Assembly (NCBI GenBank): GCA_964354495.1
Contig: CAYHAA010000002.1
Coordinates: forward strand, 1-32,000
Source: an uncultured archaeon
Lineage (GTDB): Archaea; Asgardarchaeota; Thorarchaeia; Thorarchaeales; Thorarchaeaceae
Direction: 5' to 3'
Length of the DNA: 32,000 bases
The position numbers and the translations under genes are program-made. Under the pieces are notes generated by a model. The model was not told the DNA's origin. It made no database searches and worked only from the letters and a program-made list of their open reading frames with translations. Below, one piece after another: positions 17,322-26,010 of the stretch (position 1 is the stretch's first letter; each line of letters opens with the position of its first letter).

Positions 17322-17768
17322 CTATACATAGCTGCTCTCGTCCCGTTCCGTGCCCAGAACCTGATTGATTGCCATCTCATAGTCAACGTAACTTCGCAGA
17401 CCTGGCAGCGTTCCCATGACCTTTTGATTCTGGAAGACAATCACCATTGGAACAGACTGCACACCGAATTGGGTCACCGTCATGCGGTTTCTGTCGATAT
17501 CGATTTTTGCAAAATAGACCTTTCCTCTGTAGTCTTTTGCCAATTCAGCAAAAATCGGGGCTAAGACCTTGCACGGACTGCACCATTCTCCGAAAAACTC
17601 AACGAAGGCCGTCTTGGTCTGAGAGATTGTCTGCCAGAAATTGTGGTCATACAGTTGATTCACGAGCCCGTTGGCCATGGGCTCATTTACTTTCGGTTTC
17701 TGTGCATGCTCAATCATAAGCCGCATCTTTCTGCGGCGAATCTCTTCGAGCTCATCATCACTAAGCAT
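17322..17768 (-). CDS. trxA: Thioredoxin with N-terminal charged helix
   Basis: FFGEWCSPCK active site, AKIDID, FGVQSVP cis-Pro loop. GGGGTGA RBS. Confidence 0.92.
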   Translation of the reverse strand: MLSDDELEEIRRRKMRLMIEHAQKPKVNEPMANGLVNQLYDHNFWQTISQTKTAFVEFFGEWCSPCKVLAPIFAELAKDYRGKVYFAKIDIDRNRMTVTQFGVQSVPMVIVFQNQKVMGTLPGLRSYVDYEMAINQVLGTERDESSYV

Positions 17769-17935
17769 GAGATCACCCCATCGGCTGTGTAAGAGTTTTG
17801 CACAACCGCATATGAGTTTTTGGTAAGGTCAATTTCGTAGGAGGAGTCGTAAGGGAATCTCCTGGCCGTTACCTCATCGAAGCTGTTTATATTCCCGGCA
17901 AAACCGAGAGAGAAGTCAAAGGCGGAGAATGCCAA

Positions 17936-18877
17936 ATGACAACCAGCCCCTATAGATACTATGCAATGCTCGTCATCACCATGGTCTTCTGGGGAGGAAG
18001 TTGGGTCTCAGGGAAAATCATAGTCACTCTAGCTCCAGGAATGACAATGACAGTTGGCTTTCTGAGATTCTTGACTGCAAGCGTTTTTTTCGTGATTATA
18101 CTGCTTATTGCAGGGCCTAGACCAATACGCATCTTCCGGAGAGAGAATCTCAGAGTTCTCTTTCTTGTTGGACTCACGGGCATCTTCGGTTATGGTGTCC
18201 TCTTCCTGACTGGAATGAATTTCACGACAGCTGCACAGGGTTCGATCATTGCAGGCATCAATCCTGCGACAGTCAGCTTCGTCGCACATATTGTCCATCA
18301 TGAACGGCTTAGCAAGAAGTGGCAATACTCAGGATTTATTCTGGCATTCGTTGGAGTAGTGTTCGTTGTAGGGATTCAAGCACTGATAGAATTCAACATG
18401 CAGCACCTCATTGGTAATCTATTCATCCTTTGTGCTATGTTCACTTGGGGGCTCTATTCATCGATTGGAAAGGAGGCAATGAAGACTCTGACTCCCCTAG
18501 AGGTAACCACTGGAGGAGCCATTATTGGGTCTGTGCTCTTCGGCCTAGGGGCTATCAATGAGCAATTCTGGGTCCATCCAGCAATGCTTGAGCCAACCTT
18601 TTGGGTGAATATCATCTATCTGGGAATCTTTGTCACAGTGGTCGGTTTTTTCTTTTATTTCGTTAGTATCAAAGAGCTAGGAGCGACCAGAGCTGGAGGC
18701 TTCATTAACCTAGTGCCTGTGTTTGGTATCATAGCTTCTGCCCTCATCATGCCTGAAGATGTTATATACTGGACATTCGGTGTAGGCCTGATTCTAGTCG
18801 TGGTCGGCATCATGCTCATAAACTACCCTGTTAAGCGGGTCGGATTAGCAGAGTTACAGAATGCGGAAGAATCATAA
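17936..18877 (+). CDS. EamA/DMT-family transporter
   Basis: About 10 TM in two repeats; FWGGSWVSGK, GINPATV, HHERLSKK and GATRAGGFINLVPVFG motifs. Confidence 0.9.
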   Translation: MTTSPYRYYAMLVITMVFWGGSWVSGKIIVTLAPGMTMTVGFLRFLTASVFFVIILLIAGPRPIRIFRRENLRVLFLVGLTGIFGYGVLFLTGMNFTTAAQGSIIAGINPATVSFVAHIVHHERLSKKWQYSGFILAFVGVVFVVGIQALIEFNMQHLIGNLFILCAMFTWGLYSSIGKEAMKTLTPLEVTTGGAIIGSVLFGLGAINEQFWVHPAMLEPTFWVNIIYLGIFVTVVGFFFYFVSIKELGATRAGGFINLVPVFGIIASALIMPEDVIYWTFGVGLILVVVGIMLINYPVKRVGLAELQNAEES

Positions 18878-18921
18878 CTCATATGGGTATGAAGAATTCG
18901 TACTGGTCGAGGGTGTCTAAA

Positions 18922-20436
18922 ATGGAAGCCTATGAGAAACTCTCTGAGATTTGCAGAGAATTGAAACTGCTTGATACCGTTTACTCAATTGTGTCATGGG
19001 ACCTTGAAACGTATATGCCCCCGAGAGGCCTCATACTTCGCAGTGAGCAACTTGGGCTAGTGCGTCAAGTCATTCATAGAATGACCACCGATTCCAAAAT
19101 AGGGAAGCTTCTCGACAGGGCTGAGAGCAATGCGAGTTCTCTTAGCAATGTGCAGAATCGGAACGTTTACCTATTTCGTAGAAACTACGATGCGCTCACA
19201 AAGATACCTGAAGATCTAGTTGGTCAATTGGCAAAACAACGGGCCATTAGCGTTGAGGTCTGGAAGAAGGCAAAGGCATCGAATAACTGGAGAATGTTTC
19301 TGCCAGAACTTCAGAAAATGGTGGACCTGAGTAGAAAGCGCTCCGAGATCATCAGCGAGGTACGTGGGATACCCATACTCTATGATTCAATGCTTGATGA
19401 GTTTGAGAGAGGCATTACATCCGCAAGGACATCCCAGCTCTTTGCGACCCTTCGAAAGCGACTTGTTCCTCTGGTGAAGAAGTGCGCTGATGCATCTCGC
19501 GATGTTGACACTTCATTCCTGAACAAAGTTGTTCCAAAGGAAACTCAGCGCAAGATAGCTACGGACCTTACCAAAGTGATTGGCTATGACACAGTTTCTG
19601 AGAGTGCAGGCGGTCGAATAGATGAGGTAGAGCATCCTTTTACCACAGGATACTATGATGATGTTAGAATCACTGTCAAGTACCATGAGGATAATGTCAC
19701 CTCGATGATCTACGCAATCCTGCACGAGAGCGGGCACGCGCTCTATGAGCAGAATCTGAACAAAGAATGGATGTATCAGATGATTGGTGAGGCTGCTTCG
19801 TATGGTATTCACGAGTCACAATCCAGATTCACAGAGAATATGGTTGGGCGTTCCTATGAGTTCATTGAGTTCTATCTTCCAAGACTCAATAGACTTGCCA
19901 ATGGCATCTACTCCGGAATATCTCTGAGTGACTTTGCCAAGGCGATGAACATAGTTCGACCATCACTGATACGCACAGAAGCTGACGAAGTGACATACTC
20001 GCTTCACATCATCATTCGATTCGAAATTGAGAGAGACCTGTTCTCAGACAAGATCACGGTTTCAGAACTACCTCAGGTTTGGAATGAGCGCTATGAAGAG
20101 TATCTCGGAATGAATGTCCCCGATGATACGAGGGGAGTCTTGCAGGACACTCACTGGGCGAATGGATACTACGGATATTTTCCGAGTTACGCCTTGGGAA
20201 ACATTTACGATGGTATGTTGCTTGAGCGAATGAACAAGGATGAACCCCAATGGCTCTCTGAGATAGGAAAGGGAAATCTAAGACCGACAATCGATTGGCT
20301 AGTCAAGAATGTTCATCACCATGCATCATTGTACGATCCGACAGAGCTCATCAAGCACGTGGCTGGTAAGGAGATGACAGCTTCGCCGTATCTAAAGTAC
20401 TTGGAGAGCAAGTACTCGAAGCTCTTTGGGTTCTAG
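18922..20436 (+). CDS. M32-family (Taq-like) metallocarboxypeptidase
   Basis: HPFTTG, LHESGHALYEQ, GIHESQS, LIRTEADE, GVLQDTHW, GYFPSYALG. GAGGGTG RBS before ATG 18922. Confidence 0.95.
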   Translation: MEAYEKLSEICRELKLLDTVYSIVSWDLETYMPPRGLILRSEQLGLVRQVIHRMTTDSKIGKLLDRAESNASSLSNVQNRNVYLFRRNYDALTKIPEDLVGQLAKQRAISVEVWKKAKASNNWRMFLPELQKMVDLSRKRSEIISEVRGIPILYDSMLDEFERGITSARTSQLFATLRKRLVPLVKKCADASRDVDTSFLNKVVPKETQRKIATDLTKVIGYDTVSESAGGRIDEVEHPFTTGYYDDVRITVKYHEDNVTSMIYAILHESGHALYEQNLNKEWMYQMIGEAASYGIHESQSRFTENMVGRSYEFIEFYLPRLNRLANGIYSGISLSDFAKAMNIVRPSLIRTEADEVTYSLHIIIRFEIERDLFSDKITVSELPQVWNERYEEYLGMNVPDDTRGVLQDTHWANGYYGYFPSYALGNIYDGMLLERMNKDEPQWLSEIGKGNLRPTIDWLVKNVHHHASLYDPTELIKHVAGKEMTASPYLKYLESKYSKLFGF

Positions 20437-20491
20437 TGAATGCAATGAAGCATGCATTGAGGTCTAGCTGGAGTCGGCGTAGTCTTCCTCA

Positions 20492-21007
20492 CTAGTACAT
20501 ATCATAACCCGAAGACGCAAGACGCTGCTGATCAAAGCCAGCCCCGCGAAACATACTCGTGCCGCGCATATACTCCCTGTACTCATCGCCGAATCGTTCT
20601 AGCATGACGGATTCATCGTATTTTGCATACATGTACCACATGGCTCCGAAGACGGGTACGATAGGAATCAAGTACAAAGATCTGAAGAAGAATACGAAGG
20701 CAATGTTCAGGTAGATTGCACCCGCGCCGACGGGATGCCTGATTCTTGCGTAGATGCCCTCTCTCGGAATTGAGCTACGGTTGCGTGGACTCACTCGGGT
20801 CAGAGGTTGCTCATGCGCTTTGCTAACACACCGAATGAACTTCATCTCAAAATACACTCCAGCAGCCACAAAAATGAAGTCCCAGAGTCCCGTGCTATAG
20901 CTCATGAGCGGCACTGCTATCGCAAGCAGACTCGCAAAGTTGATGAAACCAAGTATGGCTGGGATGAAGTTGTTTTCCTGGACACGGTCATCATTCTGGC
21001 GGCTCAT
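20492..21007 (-). CDS. Isoprenylcysteine carboxylmethyltransferase/PEMT-family membrane protein
   Basis: GIYARIRHP and DES..LERFGDEYREYM signature, with TM segments. Confidence 0.82.
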   Translation of the reverse strand: MSRQNDDRVQENNFIPAILGFINFASLLAIAVPLMSYSTGLWDFIFVAAGVYFEMKFIRCVSKAHEQPLTRVSPRNRSSIPREGIYARIRHPVGAGAIYLNIAFVFFFRSLYLIPIVPVFGAMWYMYAKYDESVMLERFGDEYREYMRGTSMFRGAGFDQQRLASSGYDMY

Positions 21008-21669
21008 TAGGTTTCCACCTCGATTGCAGGAAGCGGGATTTTCGATACTTCGTATGATGCACCAAGGAACTCCACATAACCCCCAATCTGACTCGGATCG
21101 CCCCCTCGAACGTTAAGGAGGAATTCCTTGGATTGAGATTGACCCGCGAGAATAGACCCGAGACGCTGCATCCTGAAGGATCCAATAGCAGCATCTATTC
21201 CGGCTGGAAGGTCGACATCCACCACAACCATATCGATCTTTGAGTCACTTCCATTATGAACAGTGACTGTTAGCAAGATGGACTCTTGGCTCTTCTTCAT
21301 CTTTGCACTGACTCTCACACCGCTCGCCTTAACCTTGCTCTCACGCTCCTGCCCCTCCTGTTTGGATTTTTCAGCGCTCGTCTTGCGGAGTCTTGCTGAG
21401 TCTGATTGCTGCCTTGTTCTGCTAGTGCCCTTTGAAGATACTGTTGCTGGAAGCGGCGCATTTGCAGAACCGGTGATAAAACCCACAAAAACGCGGCCTT
21501 CGTAGACCAAGAAGACTAGTCCTCCAATAACGAGGAATGACCAAATGACTGCAGATAGAAGCATTGATCTCAGGGCAGCGTCCTGTAGAGCTGCGAAAAT
21601 GGGGTCAAAAATTGGATGAAGTATTGGCCCAAATATCTCGTCTAGTTGATCCCAAATTGACTGAAGCAT
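21007..21669 (-). CDS. Hypothetical membrane-anchored protein with low-complexity linker and C-terminal beta-sandwich-like domain
   Basis: Contains a TM segment, an S/K/R/E-rich linker and an alternating hydrophobic beta pattern (LLTVTVHN...VVVDVDLP...KEFLLNV). Its stop overlaps the next ATG (TAATG). Confidence 0.75.
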   Translation of the reverse strand: MLQSIWDQLDEIFGPILHPIFDPIFAALQDAALRSMLLSAVIWSFLVIGGLVFLVYEGRVFVGFITGSANAPLPATVSSKGTSRTRQQSDSARLRKTSAEKSKQEGQERESKVKASGVRVSAKMKKSQESILLTVTVHNGSDSKIDMVVVDVDLPAGIDAAIGSFRMQRLGSILAGQSQSKEFLLNVRGGDPSQIGGYVEFLGASYEVSKIPLPAIEVET

Positions 21670-21939
21670 CAAGATATCAGCTCCCAGTTCGACAATCTCT
21701 CCACCCTCTCATGTGGAGCAGTTCGTACACACCTATGCTTAGAGATTGTCATGAGCGGTTATTAACCTTGCAACTTGCCTAATGTGTACGTCAGAGTAAA
21801 GATTGATAAAACCAAAACAGGATGTTAGCGCGGAAACAGTGTGGCTTACGGAGATGTACATAGGAAATTCAAACAGTGCACCCACGGGTGGCGTGAGTAA
21901 GAACCATGCAGGCACAGTAGTTCAGAAGGAGATGATTGT

Positions 21940-22821
21940 CTGATTCAGTACGACGGTTCAATTTGGAGGCCTCCAAGCGAGGCAAGATCACTGATACTTC
22001 AGGCCACAGTAGGATGCTCACACAATGGCTGTATCTTCTGCGTGTCTTACAAACAGAAGACCTATCGCGTCAGAGGTGCTGAGGGAATTCTTTCTGACCT
22101 AAACAGACTGCCTGCTCGCTACAAGCAATCGGTTCGGAGAGTCTTTCTGGCCGATGGCAACGCTCTGGCTATGCCAACGACAGAGCTAGTCGAAACTCTT
22201 GATGTGTTGAAGGCTCATCTACCATCTCTAGAACGAGTCGGTGTCTACGGGTACGCCAAAGATGTTCGGTCAAAGAGCATAGCGGACTTGATATCGATCA
22301 GGAATGCGGGTCTGGGAATTGTGTATCTTGGTCTTGAAACCGGCGACGATGCATTGCTTCGATGGGCATGCAAAGGAATCGATTCCGAAGAAAACACCAA
22401 GGCATGTTTGAAGATTAAACACGCGGCCATCCCGCTCTCGCTAACAATAATTCTTGGACTAGGCGGGCTAGGGGGGTCTCTGAGTCATGCACAGAAGACA
22501 GCTAAGGTACTCAACGATATTGACCCGGATTATGTGGGCGCCTTGACATTGATGGCACCACCAGGTACTCGCATCTTTGAGATGGTTCAATCTGGCACGT
22601 TTGTGCCAATGAAACCCATGGACATACTGAAGGAGCTGCGGCTTCTCGTTGAGAACCTGAGCCTCAGTGACTGCGTTTTTCGAACAAACCACGCGTCAAA
22701 CTATCTCGCACTCGGGGGACTGCTGCCTGACGACAAAGATAGGATTCTATCCACCATCGACCATGTGATAGCTTCTGATGATGAATCGAATCTACGCCCG
22801 TCTTATTCTAGAGGCCTCTGA
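21940..22821 (+). CDS. Radical SAM protein (RPPSE..LILQ.T.GCSHN family), probable CTG start
   Basis: The frame of ORF 22042 extends upstream through IQYDGSIWRPPSEARSLILQATVGCSHNGCIFC (CxxxCxxC). There is no ATG/GTG/TTG between the in-frame stop at 21898-21900 and 22042. GAAGGAG lies 8 nt before CTG 21940. Confidence 0.88.
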   Translation: MIQYDGSIWRPPSEARSLILQATVGCSHNGCIFCVSYKQKTYRVRGAEGILSDLNRLPARYKQSVRRVFLADGNALAMPTTELVETLDVLKAHLPSLERVGVYGYAKDVRSKSIADLISIRNAGLGIVYLGLETGDDALLRWACKGIDSEENTKACLKIKHAAIPLSLTIILGLGGLGGSLSHAQKTAKVLNDIDPDYVGALTLMAPPGTRIFEMVQSGTFVPMKPMDILKELRLLVENLSLSDCVFRTNHASNYLALGGLLPDDKDRILSTIDHVIASDDESNLRPSYSRGL

Positions 22822-22905
22822 CGAAAGTGGCGGCCAGTGATTATTCTACTACAACTGAAGCTAGAATGACAAGTGCACGATGACTTCCACAGAACACGAC
22901 TGCAT

Positions 22906-22968
22906 GCCAAGAAGCAAGAAAGAAAACGCAGGAGAAAAAGGGAGGCACGGACTGCTTGACTCGCAGTC
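22906..22968 (-). terminator. Putative terminator of a leftward transcript
   Basis: GACTGC-7nt-GCAGTC hairpin (22950-22968) followed on the minus strand by a long pyrimidine/T-rich tract. Confidence 0.4.
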
Positions 22969-23070
22969 AATGCATCCTTTAGCAAAAAAGATAACACAGT
23001 CTTTTTCCTAGTCCCAAAGAATAGGATTTCGGAGAAAGACTGGTTCCTTTCAGTCGAATTGGACTATGTA

Positions 23071-23217
23071 CTATGCTCCAGCCCAACCAAGGCCTTGCTG
23101 GTCGCCTAGGATCTTCAGTCGACTACTACTCGAGTCATCTCTAGAATGATTCGAGTTATTATGTCGTCCTCTCTTCCTTTCGTGTTCGTGTTTACTAGAG
23201 TGATTATGTCTGCCCAC
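23071..23217 (-). CDS. Small 48-aa His/Arg/Ser-rich protein (below the ORF-track cutoff)
   Basis: Perfect GGAGGTGAT RBS (23221-23229) just upstream of GTG 23217. Translation: MGRHNHSSKHEHERKRGRHNNSNHSRDDSSSSRLKILGDQQGLGWAGA. No overlap with other credible genes. Confidence 0.55.
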   Translation of the reverse strand: MGRHNHSSKHEHERKRGRHNNSNHSRDDSSSSRLKILGDQQGLGWAGA

Positions 23218-23438
23218 TAAATCACCTCCGGACGTGATACAAAAGCGATCAACGCCTTGCCAGTTACAGATGTCATTGAGGATGTAGTCCCTTCTGACAC
23301 TGCGGAGGCAAACAGTCCACCTACACGTGCGGAGGAAATTGCTGAAAACAAACTACAGTCGCTCTCGGAGTCAAGTTCACTTTGACCGACTGCATTCATC
23401 CAGTTTAGTTCGGATTGAGTTAACGTTAGTTTCATGAT

Positions 23439-23453
23439 AAGGCGAATCGCCTT
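23439..23453. promoter_or_regulatory. Perfect 15-bp palindrome, candidate operator
   Basis: AAGGCGA-A-TCGCCTT, located next to an AT-rich TATA-like tract at 23476-23486. Confidence 0.4.
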
Positions 23454-23719
23454 GACATATTTCGCGTATCAAACCATAATAAATATTGACAATGGGCAGA
23501 GCGCCCTCTTCGTGACGTTTCATGGGCGAATGGACAAGCTGCCCTATATCTTTCGATGTGCATCAATTGATTATAGTGTTCATGATGTTCTTGATTATGC
23601 AATCTACAAGTTGCCGGACTATCACACAATGCGGCAGGTTGGTTAACTACTTAAGAGGCAAAGTGTTTCCAGAAATCAAGAATCAGCAAGATTGCCATTT
23701 GAATACAGGGTGTCATGAA

Positions 23720-24127
23720 TTGACAGATAAAATCTATGTCATTAGCTGCGGACAAGACCTTGGAAGTCTTGGAATGGATAGGATGAGGACTTCAGTCGAA
23801 GGGCTAGAAGAAACTAGAGTTTCACTTGACTGGTCGAGAACAAGACTGGTACCAGTTGTCGCGTCAGAGAAGGTGGCGTATCAAGGTGGTGAGACAAAGA
23901 TAGTGCCAATCAAGCCAATCAAGGTTCCAGGATACCACATGGTCTTTCAATCGTTTTATGGCTCTAATGGCATGGGGGATTTGGCATGTATCGGTTGCAC
24001 TGAAATGAAGATGTACTCGGAGGAAAGGACTGCGAATATGTCGATGTTCAACTCTCGAATAAAAGCTTCTGTTCTTCCGGGTGACCTACTTGGCCAAGTC
24101 CTCATTGTTCCTGGGAAGAAAGCATAG
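23720..24127 (+). CDS. DUF22-like archaeal protein (135 aa)
   Basis: GGGTG RBS before TTG 23720. The pattern VVASEKV...GETKIVPIKPIKVP...RTANMSMF...GDLLGQV resembles DUF22 as I recall it. The 66-aa extension in the ORF track looks non-coding. Confidence 0.6.
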   Translation: MTDKIYVISCGQDLGSLGMDRMRTSVEGLEETRVSLDWSRTRLVPVVASEKVAYQGGETKIVPIKPIKVPGYHMVFQSFYGSNGMGDLACIGCTEMKMYSEERTANMSMFNSRIKASVLPGDLLGQVLIVPGKKA

Positions 24128-24167
24128 AACCAGTCAATACGCAGAGGTGAGGTCAACAAATCCCTCA

Positions 24168-24467
24168 TTACAGGGACATTACCTTATCGGATTTCTCCAT
24201 GAGAAGGTCGACGACCGAAGGATAATCAACAAGGTCAACATCAACTGCTAAGCGACCAGAAATTCCTCGCTCATCTACATGGTGTTTGAGCGCATGAACT
24301 CTCAACCCAAGCTCCTTTAGCTCCTTGGATTCAGGACTTCCCTTATCTGCAAGATACACTCCGTCCTGGAGGAGTAGTATCTCAACCTCGATATTCTTGC
24401 TTCTCAGACCCGTGACGACCTCTTTGAAACTTGAGCAATCATTCGAGAGCAAAAGCAAGTACTTCAT
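24168..24467 (-). CDS. dsrH: DsrH/TusB-family sulfur-relay subunit
   Basis: LLLQDGVY, DERGI and DYPSVVDL motifs. GGAGGA RBS. Third gene of the triad. Confidence 0.85.
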   Translation of the reverse strand: MKYLLLLSNDCSSFKEVVTGLRSKNIEVEILLLQDGVYLADKGSPESKELKELGLRVHALKHHVDERGISGRLAVDVDLVDYPSVVDLLMEKSDKVMSL

Positions 24468-24480
24468 GTCTACTTCCTCC

Positions 24481-24831
24481 TCAGAACGTTATGATGACTT
24501 CATTCTCAATGAATGTCTTCGCAACACCTTCTTCATCAAGAACCTCGACTTCATCAAAGACTTCGCTTGCAGTGATGTCCCGTTCATCTAGCGATTTCTT
24601 GCTTGCATAGATATGTCCGTCAAAGCTCTCGAATGTCGACTTGAACATTCTAATGGGTTGAATATCCTGATCCTTCACGAGACCGTACACCCCATCTCCA
24701 ATGAAGAGCATCTGAGACTGATGATCCATCCCGAACATGCCCACTGCTGCTCGCCAGCCTTCCGCCGCTATAATCTTTCCAAATGGCCTACTAGTGACGA
24801 GAACAAGCACTTTTCTTTCTACGAAATCCAT
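24481..24831 (-). CDS. dsrF: DsrF/TusC-family sulfur-relay subunit
   Basis: TSRPFG..AAEGWRAA, LFIGDGVY, SLDERDI. GGAGTGA RBS before ATG 24831. Confidence 0.83.
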   Translation of the reverse strand: MDFVERKVLVLVTSRPFGKIIAAEGWRAAVGMFGMDHQSQMLFIGDGVYGLVKDQDIQPIRMFKSTFESFDGHIYASKKSLDERDITASEVFDEVEVLDEEGVAKTFIENEVIITF

Positions 24832-24842
24832 GCTAATCACTC

Positions 24843-25208
24843 CTATAGCGAGAAGGTGATGAATCGATCGACTTGACCGACCTGTTCAGCAAACTCGGTT
24901 AGGCCGGTCACTTCCACGCCTGGCACAAAGTCGCTGCCTCTTTGACTAAACCCACGAGCCGAAGTGCAGAGGCCGCATGCTTGGAATTCTACTCCCGCGC
25001 TGGCTAGCTCCAAGAACTTATCACTCATTGCTCTGTCGGGGTCAGGCTCCTGATTCAGTTTTGCATTATTAACACCGTCCACGAAAAGGAAGACCTTTAC
25101 ACCATAGCCTTTCTCAAGCATCGCCTTGCACAGGTCGTAGAAGGTGTGACTATTTTGAAAGGTGTATGGTGATGTCATGAGCAAGATGCCAAGCGTCTTC
25201 TTAGGCAA
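24843..25208 (-). CDS. dsrE: DsrE/TusD-family sulfur-relay subunit with active-site Cys
   Basis: TSPY, VFLFVDGV, QACGLCTSARG, TGLTEF. AGGAG RBS before TTG. Confidence 0.87.
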   Translation of the reverse strand: MPKKTLGILLMTSPYTFQNSHTFYDLCKAMLEKGYGVKVFLFVDGVNNAKLNQEPDPDRAMSDKFLELASAGVEFQACGLCTSARGFSQRGSDFVPGVEVTGLTEFAEQVGQVDRFITFSL

Positions 25209-25331
25209 GAGTCCAGTCTCCTGTGTACACTGCTGCTTCTCATCAGAAACCTGTTAAAAAGCATACTCGTCTGGCGAATGCACTTTCGATTTTGGACACC
25301 GTCATTGCAGACAATATGAGAAGCGAACAGC

Positions 25332-25865
25332 CTAACTTTGCAGGGGCTTACGAGGTTCTCTTCGTGCATAGCATCTCCACAAACCAGCGAATACATTCAA
25401 CATAGGAACATCCTGTTGGTACCGAGAATACTCCTGTCCGAATTTGATTTCGTTGAATTCATCCTCTCGATGAATCTCTGTCAGGACCAATGGGAAGATG
25501 ATCCCCGACAAGAAAGCGCTTAGCCAGTACTGGGATACTAACACTAGGGCAAGAGACATCATAATCCAGCCTAAGTAGAGAGGATGCCGTATGATCGCAT
25601 AGGCGCCGCGATTCACAAGGGATATGGTATGGACCCAGGATTCCTCTTCGGGCGCATTTCCATATTTACGCAGAATATTCGCCGGGAGCGTAAGCAGAAG
25701 AAAACTGGGGATGAGAAGAATCCAACCTATTCCCAGTAGTATGACATTAAGCCCTGCATTGAAAAAGAAGAAGAGGAGCAGGAGTTGGAAGAGAAAGAGC
25801 AATCCCGCCACTGATGAGATAAGATAGTCACCCGCCTTCGTCTGTTCATGCAAGTCTGAACTCAT
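25332..25865 (-). CDS. Second isoprenylcysteine carboxylmethyltransferase/PEMT-family membrane protein
   Basis: GAYAIIRHPLYLG and RED..NEIKFGQEYSRYQQDVP. Start uncertain (25865 or 25886). Confidence 0.83.
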   Translation of the reverse strand: MSSDLHEQTKAGDYLISSVAGLLFLFQLLLLFFFFNAGLNVILLGIGWILLIPSFLLLTLPANILRKYGNAPEEESWVHTISLVNRGAYAIIRHPLYLGWIMMSLALVLVSQYWLSAFLSGIIFPLVLTEIHREDEFNEIKFGQEYSRYQQDVPMLNVFAGLWRCYARREPRKPLQS

Positions 25866-26010
25866 CTCTTGTCGCTGTGCCTTCATTATCAGCATGGCCA
25901 TTAAGCCTTTACCCAGCACTCAAAGGACCACGTAGCTATTTCAGCAACATTGAATACATGAATTGTTCGACCGTACTGCAAATCAAACTCCGATTTACGG
26001 AGAAGAGAAT

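Noticed and set aside
22873-22959. Very basic 28-aa ORF (MHDDFHRTRLHAKKQERKRRRKREARTA), eL41-like
   Set aside because: No RBS and no match to the eL41 pattern. It is better explained as the complement of a minus-strand T-rich terminator tract.
23217-23435. 72-aa Ser-rich ORF whose stop overlaps the small-protein start
   Set aside because: No RBS or motif and low complexity. It could be a leader ORF, but I cannot support it as a gene.
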